This document shows, in pieces, positions 47,527-55,776 of a DNA stretch of 55,776 nt. Under the pieces are notes generated by a model, which had not been told where the DNA came from, searched no databases, and saw only the letters and a program-made list of their open reading frames with translations. Each line of letters opens with the position of its first letter. Within the stretch, counting starts at the first letter, position 1. Origin of the DNA: Octopus bimaculoides (taxonomy: Eukaryota); NCBI RefSeq assembly GCF_001194135.2, contig NC_068981.1, positions 138,098,979 to 138,154,754 of the forward strand. Reading direction: 5' to 3'. Both the position numbers and the translations under genes were made by a program.

Positions 47527-48689
47527 CTGAAAACGTAAAGAAAAGTATATTTCCGAGCTACTTAGAGAAGAAATGACTAACATATGGGCAAGGAGTAAGT
47601 GTAAGGGTTTTCATTTGTTGTTTTCATCGGGTGCCTTATTAAAATAGCAGGGGGAATACCGTTTTGTGAAAGAGAACTAAATACTAAAAGTTATTTAATC
47701 TAACATTTTGTTGTTTCTCTTATGATACAGTAGTCTTTAATTATAATTACTATTTATTTTGAAATAAATTTCGCTGCTATTTTGAGCAATTAAGTGCTTA
47801 ATGGAAGTTCTTTTGTCGCCACATTGATTTAGATGTTATATATTTCGTAAGTATTAAAACATTTTTTTGTGCATCTACTGCTACGTAATCCACTAAGTCA
47901 TATTTTTTTAAGACTATGACAGTCTCAGAGGAAATCAGCTGCTATTTCTGATAGATTGAGTGAACGCATAGAACCTTGCCTGACTTAATTTGTGACATGT
48001 GCTACAAAGACGACAGCTTCCGATCAAAAATCCATTGAAGCGATATGAAAACTACTTTAAAATAGCTTTTGATCGGAGGATGTATTGTGGCTTTTGCCTG
48101 AAAAATCCAGAAAATTTTCAAAATTTAATGAAATATTTGAATACCCTAATGCACAATGATCCTTTATTGAAATGAAATTTTAATGACTGTTCCTCTCTTA
48201 AATGATTTCAGATAAAAACCAATTGGGATAATGTGCAATTAAATTTGGAGCTTTAAAGTAATGAGTTGAGAGAATGATATAAAAAAAATATTTTCACGCT
48301 CCCTGAAAGGCGTTTTATAATTGTATGATTATTATAAAAATTGTAAACTTATCAATTTCACCATTTATTTACAGTGATGAAAATTACTTTGTCAATAATT
48401 AATGTTATTTTAATATATTTTAAAATTTTATCTTTATTTTCTTCGATTAACAGATTCATCCAAAATCAATGCATTCGCTGAGGCATTTTTAAAGAGGATC
48501 ATTAAAAAGTAGCATCCTTTGTGTTACGTAATGATGTATATTGATTATTCGATAATAACTTAACTGCTCTTGGTGCAAATGATAAAATAATCTTAAAATA
48601 TATATAAGAGAAATAGTAAAAACAACATAAAGATTGTTCTTTATATTAGTATACAAATCAACAGGCAAAATATCTTGTTATATATACCA

Positions 48690-50530
48690 ATTTCAAATTT
48701 TGGCTCAAGGACAGAAATTTCGGAGCAATGAGTAAGTTGTTTACATCGACCACAATGTTCAACTTCTACTTCTTTTATCGAAAAATGAAAGGCAAAGTCA
48801 ACCCCAACGGAATTTGGACTCGGAACGTAAAGACAAATTAAATACCGCTAAGCATTTTGCCCGACATGCTAAACATTCTGTCATTTCGCCACCTTTATCT
48901 TGTTATATATGTATGTATGTNNNNNNNNNNNNNNNNNNNNNNNNNNNNNNNNNNNNNNNNNNNNNNNNNNNNNNNNNNNNNNNNNNNNNNNNNNNNNNNN
49001 NNNNNNNNNNNNNNNNNNNNTTTACCCTTTTAATTTGTAATAATTATATATATATATATATATATATAAGAGAGAGAGAGACAAAGTTGGCTGTGGCGGG
49101 ATTTGAACTCAGGACGCAAAAAGCTGTAACATAATGCAAAGCAATTTATTCTTTCTTCTCCCCATCGAGATCTCCAACTACCCTGGCAATCTACTTCCCT
49201 AATTGTAATATATAATATACGGTATCATACTATCTCCTAATGGAGATACGACTGTTATTTATACAAATAAAATATTTGATATCTTCTCTTGATAACATAG
49301 CCAATGTTATAAGAGAGAACATAAAGTAATGATTTATAACAATATCAATATCAAATAGACAAACATTCCACCGTATAATATTACGTTGAACGGATAAATA
49401 ATTTTCTTTTAATTTATGATTCCATATTCATTCTAAGTGAGTTACTGCTGTTTACACGAGGTCATCACTTATCAAACTGACATGACCATGTCGTCTGATT
49501 TTCAGAGATTGCATACAGGGCTATCGAATCTATCGTGACAATTTCCTTTCTTTATGATAATAGTATGTGTTCAGAAGAGAATTCAACTGTTATTTCTTGC
49601 AGGTCGACAGCGCACACAGAAGCTCTCTTTCTCTCTCCGCAGACTCCGAGTGAATATATACATTAGGGCTAATAAAATCGTTCAGTTAACATTTTTAAAG
49701 CACTATGTTCAGATAAATGAGAAGAAACCTGAAAGTGCAACATTATATTAATAATATTGGTTACAAATTTTGGCACAAGGGCAGTAATTTCGGTGAGTGG
49801 GGGTTAAGTCGATCACATCGTCTCCATTGCTCAACTGGTACTTATTTTACCGATCCTAAAAAGGATGGAAAGCAAGGGCGACCTCGGCGAAATTTGAACT
49901 CGGGACGTAAAGACGGATGAAATGTTGCTAAGCATTTTGCCCGGCATAATAACGATTCTGCTAGCTTGCCTTCTTTATATTCTTTTCTACTCTAGGCAGA
50001 AGGCCCAAAATTTTGGGGGAAGGGGAGGGGGCAGTCGATTAGATCGACCCAGTGTGTAACTGGTACTTAATTTATCGACCCCGAAAGGATGAAAGGCAAA
50101 GTCGACCTCGGCGGAATTAGAAACTCAGAACGTAAAGAGAGACGAAATACCGCTAAGCATTTCGCCCGGCGCGCTAACGTTTCTTATTTCTTTATTGCCC
50201 ACAAGGGGCTAAACATAGAGGGGACAAACAGGACAGACAAAGGGACCCCTAAGATGGTGATGTTAAACCAAGAGACAGATTAAGTCTATCAGCCAAGTAG
50301 GCCTTGGCAACATTTGAACTCAGAACTCAAAGAGCCGGAACAAGCACTACAAGGCATCTGATATATAGTGTTTACATTTCCACCAATCTACTGCCCTGGA
50401 TTTGTAGTTTTTGATCGACCCCGGAAGAATCAGAGGCTAAGTTAACTTCAGCTGGATTTGAACGCAGAGACAGAGTTAGAACAAATATTGTGATACATTT
50501 AATCCGACACTTTAACAACTCCACCATTCA
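48690..50530 (-). mobile_element. Intronic SINE B copies (about 48690-48895, 49760-49975, 49982-50180, 50285-50530)
   Basis: Reverse-strand matches to the B consensus. Confidence 0.8.
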
Positions 50531-50561
50531 TCCAGACCGAATAGTCATTTTTTTCTTTTAT

Positions 50562-50749
50562 TTTTTACATGCTTCAGTCATTAGACTATAACCATGCTGA
50601 GGCACCGCCTTGAAGAATCTTAACTGAATGAATCGCCCCCACTACTTATCTTCGTTTTCTAAAACCTGGTACTTTTGCTATTGATCTCATTTTGCCGAAC
50701 CACGAATTATAACGGCGTAAACACACTAATACCGGTTGTCAAGCGGTGG

Positions 50750-50839
<90 letters not shown>

Positions 50840-51027
50840 ACATATATATATATGTGTGTGTGTAGACATACAAGACAGGCTTCTTTAAGTTTCCGTATAC
50901 CAAATCCACTCACGAGGCTTTGGTTGGCCTGAGGTTATAGTAGAATACACTCTCCTAAGGTGCCACGCAGAAGGACTGAACACGGAATTATCTGGTTAGG
51001 AAGCAATCTTCTTACCTCACAGCCACC
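50562..51027 (-). mobile_element. SINE family A with long (CA)n
   Basis: Reverse-strand match to the A consensus. Confidence 0.85.
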
Positions 51028-51234
51028 CGAACCCCATGTAGAAGATCTGTCATTGGTTGCTACATGAAGTGTCAAATGTCAACATAGCTTGCCTAAGTTC
51101 GAGTACTCTGAAGAGTATAGTTTGCTGAGCCATGAGTTCCATGATGCTAAATAGCCGATATACAATCCCCGAAGACGAAATCTACTATGGTTACTATTCG
51201 ACCATAAGAGTTATAAGGTTTACCAAATACGTAC

Positions 51235-51336
51235 TGTCCTTTTTACGAATTTTCAGAAACTCCTTTCCGTTTTCGTTCACACATTTGTATTCTATGACAC
51301 ACAGCTTATTCATGAGCTTGCATAGTTCACCAGTCA
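51235..51336 (-). CDS. Integrin beta exon: second half of the beta-tail domain
   Basis: gatttttttccaaacacag|TG...GAC A|GTACGT; phase 1/1; (V)TGELCKLMNKLCVIEYKCVNENGKEFLKIRKKD(K). Confidence 0.85.
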
Positions 51337-52177
51337 CTGTGTTTGGAAAAAAATCGAATAGAGACAAAATTATATAGTTACATATTGTTTAGTGCAGAAA
51401 CAATTTGTTGTCCGCTATACTTAGGGGAGCAAATGAAAAACTAAGCCCGTGAAATTGCACCGGTAACAAGAAAGAAAAAAAATAATCTTAATAAAAATTA
51501 TTGACTTGGAATACAAAGGAAGAACGTTTTAAAAATATGACAAAATACCCAATTCCAGATAATATGAATTTAAATAATTTTACGGTTGTTGCTGTTACTG
51601 TTCAGCTTTAGTTCAGGCCTAATCCGGATCTATTATCAAAGAGATAATCAAGCCATAATCACTCCGTTTTCGTTGCAGTATTGTGTACCATTGATGACAA
51701 TAATATATAACTGTTTTTTTTTTCATTTGGTAGGGGCTCACCTTGAGGGTCTTTTAACTAATATTCCTAGCAGGTCAAATAAACACACAGAAGCCTTCTC
51801 GTTCTTGCTGAGCTCCCATGTCCCTTGGCGTAGTTAAAAGAATAATGAAACATTTCACCAAACAATACGTACCCAGGACAATATTATCCTCTAATACTAC
51901 GATGTTTGGCCGTTTATCTTCGTTCGATAGTCATGAAATGTTTGCAATTATGTAAGTGCCCACCCTAAGGTATTTTAAGTAACCTAAAATTTCCACTGAA
52001 ATGTACTTCATAAATCCTTTAATTTGATATAAGTTAAAAACTGTTTGTATCATTGTAATATTCATATTGCTTGCCTTGTACACGTCAGTAATTACGTTAA
52101 AACTATACAGTTTGACTGTCAAACATACAACCCCAGAATGAAATCCTTAGATTGAATATGATAAGCAGAAGGTAATA

Positions 52178-52330
52178 TTGGTTTCAAATTTTGGCACGAG
52201 GCCAGCAATTTCGAGGGAGTGATTAAGTCGATTACATCGACTCCAATGTTCAACTGGTACTTATTTTATCAGACAAACTACTGCTAAACATTTTGCCCGG
52301 TGTGCTCGCGATTCTGCGAGCTCGCCGCTT
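52178..52330 (-). mobile_element. SINE family B, internally deleted
   Basis: Reverse-strand match to both ends of the B consensus. Confidence 0.75.
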
Positions 52331-52479
52331 TATATGGAGATAATATTCGAAACCGATAACATCAAGCTAATTCGAAATTGCGACAGTTCAATCATTAGAC
52401 GTATGATTTTGAAATCATTTTACAATATGCTTTGCTTTATATTTTTCCGATGGCAGAATTAATTAATTGTAAGAAATAC

Positions 52480-52603
52480 CTTTGTCTAAAGAGTCAACTT
52501 CTTCGAATTGCATATCTTTGCACTCGGTGTAACACATTGATACATTTTTGGATTTTGCACACAACATACAATCCAAATTGACTGGACACTTATTCAAACA
52601 TAT
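52480..52603 (-). CDS. Integrin beta exon: first half of the beta-tail domain
   Basis: aaattctttacag|ATA TGT...AAA G|GTATTT; phase 0/1; ICLNKCPVNLDCMLCAKSKNVSMCYTECKDMQFEEVDSLDK (cf. beta1 TCLGVCAEHKECVQC...CTQEC...KVESRDK). Confidence 0.85.
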
Positions 52604-52639
52604 CTGTAAAGAATTTGATTAAAAGATTAATAAGAATTA

Positions 52640-52870
52640 ATTCAGAAATCCCGTGATACGAAAAAAGAAACTTATTTTAGGCGACATATTAAGATCCATC
52701 AAAACATTTCAATCTATATTTCGGAAAGGTTAAACTATTTCATTGAATTGTTGAGTACATCTGGAAACTAGTAGGATGTGAAACTGATGGAATCTATCCC
52801 TATCCAACCAACAATTATGAAACCATTCTAGAGCAGCAACCTCATACAACAGCACATTCATTAGTTATGC
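52640..52870 (+). mobile_element. Probable Penelope-like GIY-YIG remnant
   Basis: Fragments EYIWKL and RAATSYNST resemble the PLE motif SKYIWKLK...RAxSYN. Confidence 0.4.
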
Positions 52871-54196
52871 TGTAATTCCTTACGACACAGTCCTTCATAT
52901 TTTTATTCATGTTACAGCACTAATCAACGTTAGGTAAAAAAAAAAATCACTATACTTTAGCGTATATGTCTCCAATTATTACGTCTCACATGTCGTTACT
53001 AAATAGACTTGCTGCTATTAAACCATTACAATATGATGGACATAATATTATACAATCAGCGTTTTGCAATCATTTCAATGACACTTCATGTGACACAGCA
53101 TCAGTGACTCAAGTTTTCATTCCAAGTCGGTTATTCTTCTTAAAATACATTATATGTTGCAGCCTCCCCATTTTGCTTATCTTCAAATGAATTTGCTGTA
53201 CATATTGATGTTGCTGACCCACAACTCATTTCTGAGTAGATTTATGCAAAAGTTGTGATTATCTCATTTATGTTTCAGGACTATATCATTCTAAATATCC
53301 ATTTCTCTTTTCCATTTTATGATAACAGGATGTGACTGAAGCGTGATTTCGATGTTAATAGAAGCGAATTAAATGACCGCATGAGGGTTTCCTCTCTTTT
53401 GGCCTGAACGCTTTGTAGATGATTGTTTTATATCTTCGTTTGGTTATGGTAGATGTAGAAGACTTATCTGCTGAGTGTAACATCGCGACATTACATCTAA
53501 AGTGAAGAGGGCTTGCGCCGAGTTACATTAAATATAGAATGTTGAAAATATTACAGTGGTTTTCTGAAGAGATTATATATAAAACAGAACAATCATAAAC
53601 TCGTAAGTATAATCAGGTAGAATGCACCATATTTTCGCTAATAGTTTTAGGTACATATATTGTTGCAGGTAGACATTAACACTGTCTCGGCGCTCACACA
53701 CTTTCACCCAGCAGAATATCGAGGATGGGAGAATTGGAGAGAGAAAGTGCTCCAGCAGCCCTAAGCTGGTATTCAGTTTCAACAGAGTAAGTGCAGCAAC
53801 GATAAATGAAGCGCCTTGCTGAAGGAAACATAGTACACCAAAAATCGAACATAAGACCTTATGTTATTGATACAAACACCCTGAAAACTACGCTACACCA
53901 TTTTGCAGTTATATAGGGTCAGAATATTATTACAAAAAGTATATAACTGAATGTTCAGGTATGCATTCGCTACAAATATTAGTTTAATTTGGTGTGGCTA
54001 GAACTCAGAACACTGGATTTCCAAACAGACGATATTTTAAAAAATCTATAGAAACAACCCAATCTTCAACACAATAACCACACTAACATTACGTGAAGCT
54101 GATTTTACATAATAAGAATAAAATTTTTAAAAAAACACCCCAGATATATACAAAGAGAGAAAGTGTAGTTTTTCTCTTTACCAATCATTGTTTTAG

Positions 54197-54505
54197 TGGC
54201 GGTACATGGCCGAGTGCTTAGAGCAGCAGACTCGCGGTCGAGGGATCGCGGGTTCGAATCTCAGACAGTGCGATGTGTGTGTTTATGAATGAAACACCTA
54301 AGCATCACGCGGCTCCGGCAGAAGGTAATGGCGAACTTCTGCTGACTCTTTCGCCACAACATTCATTCACTCTTCCCTCCTGCGTCTAGCAGCTCACCTG
54401 CGACGGACTGGCGTCTCATCCAGGTGGGGAACCTATATTGCAATGAAACCGCGAAACCGGCCTTTATGAGTCAGGCTTGGCTCAAGAAGGAACAAAAAGC
54501 AACAA
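54197..54505 (+). mobile_element. tRNA-derived SINE, family D
   Basis: A box tggccgagtgcttag and B box gggttcgaatc, followed by a ~230-bp non-tRNA body and an aacaa-type tail. Confidence 0.8.
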
Positions 54506-55568
54506 TCATGGCTTTATTCTTATTTAAACGCAGTGCAGGACTGATCAAATAGAACTATGATAAAAAAATAAGTTCTAGGCTTGATTATCTTTTATTATCG
54601 GCTCCAGACTATATTATCTGATATGTCATATCATTCTTAAAATAAAAGTGAGATATTATTTTGAGTGTGATTTGACCACAATATTCAGCAGGCGGAGTTA
54701 CAAGGTAGAGGATACTCCGACCTGTTTATAAATACCAAATGAATTTCCCTCAAATCTTATCCTACCAGTTGAAAACATCGAAGGAAACAACATATTGAAT
54801 AGTATGGCCTTAGAAAGACTATTTTCGATTGGATGGCCACGACTGCAATGCCTTTGTTCATTTGTTTGTTCAGTGAGTTGATTTCTTGATGCGTTTTATT
54901 TCCCGCCTTACTTACTATGTTTTTTGACTATTATTGCATTAAAAGGATCTATTTTTTACATATAAACTTTTACTGCAGTTAAATGAGGGCGTAGGAGATT
55001 AATAAACGCTGTTGCTAAGACTGAGTCTCAGGAGAAATTTAAATACCAAATCTTCTATGACGAGATAATGACACTAATAATAAAACAAAGATAGCCTATT
55101 AAAAAACATAACCCTCATAATAATGTCGCAGATGAAGAGTAATTGTCATTAATGATATTAATGAATACTAATTGACACTAATGATACTAATGTGGAATAA
55201 TTAGCTTTAATGGATAGAATTGTTCACTAAATGTATTAAAAACACACAAGGGAATCAAAATCAAATTTAAAGAAAACTGAAGATAACATATCTGCCATTA
55301 TATTTTTAATACGAGTGCAGCGAACATTTGGTTAGCCTGAAAGACTACTCTTAAACTTAAAATGCTTGTAGTTTAGGAGCGAATGATCTTAATTCAAAAA
55401 AGAAGAATGTGATTTGAATGAGATTTAGTTGCAATTATGGCACATGTAACTGGATAGTGTCAATGAATGGTAGAGAATAAATTTAGATGATTTAATACAA
55501 TTTGAACATGGAAATGTTAAACTCAAAAATTTTACTGACGCAAGAGTAAAAATATACAAGTGACTTAC

Positions 55569-55661
55569 TGAAGGATTTTCACATGTCAGACCCGTGTAAC
55601 CAGAGGTAGAATCACAGGTACACACACCGCATGAACAGTTTCCGCGATTATTACATATTGC
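55569..55661 (-). CDS. Integrin beta exon: last I-EGF repeat
   Basis: catttttcattgacag|GCA ATA TGT...CCT TCA|GTAAGT; phase 0/0; AICNNRGNCSCGVCTCDSTSGYTGLTCENPS (cf. ICNGRGxCxCGxCxC...GxxCE). Upstream exons lie beyond the window. Confidence 0.9.
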
Positions 55662-55776
55662 CTGTCAATGAAAAATGACAAAGATTTGTAAAATGGTAGA
55701 TATATATAAACTTACAGAGTACACTAGTCCACAGGGAATTTCAATCCCAGAACCTAAATCAGTGAGAGACCTGGGT

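Noticed and set aside
51873-51917. Exon-like DKRPNIVVLEDNIVL with donor GG|GTACGT in an integrin intron
   Set aside because: The acceptor is purine-rich and longer versions contain a stop; 51235-51336 supplies the expected Cys pattern with a strong acceptor.
54197-54270. tRNA gene candidates here and at other SINE heads (44386, about 30640)
   Set aside because: A and B boxes are present, but there is no complete acceptor stem and each runs into a repeated non-tRNA body.

Overview
AT-rich, microsatellite- and SINE-dense eukaryotic DNA with eight assembly gaps. The SINE, MITE and LINE repertoire points to a cephalopod, most likely Octopus; this is an inference from repeat recognition, not a database match. 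Two host genes can be reconstructed. (1) Minus strand: the 3' part of a divergent integrin beta subunit, with four phase-compatible exons (55569-55661, 52480-52603, 51235-51336, 47360-47526) encoding the last I-EGF repeat, beta-tail domain, TM helix and proximal cytoplasmic tail. Its terminal NPxY exon could not be located. (2) Plus strand: a gene the ORF track misses as a unit. A signal-peptide exon (29878-29935) splices in phase 1 across a 7.7-kb intron to a large exon (37605-40051). The predicted product is a ~830-aa secreted protein whose sequenced mature region has no Cys. It has His/Lys-rich ends and an acidic core of Y-[D/N/E/G]-x-S-T pentapeptides with a 78-aa higher-order period. This is the best candidate for an undescribed system. 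The second highlight is a Penelope-like element remnant whose terminal repeat carries a tRNA-like Pol III promoter and a minimal hammerhead-ribozyme motif, with an inverted partial copy upstream. The rest is decayed Helitron, R4/Dong, RTE, Tx1, mariner and hAT elements, MITEs and dozens of tRNA-derived SINEs. No rRNA, true tRNA or CRISPR array is supported.
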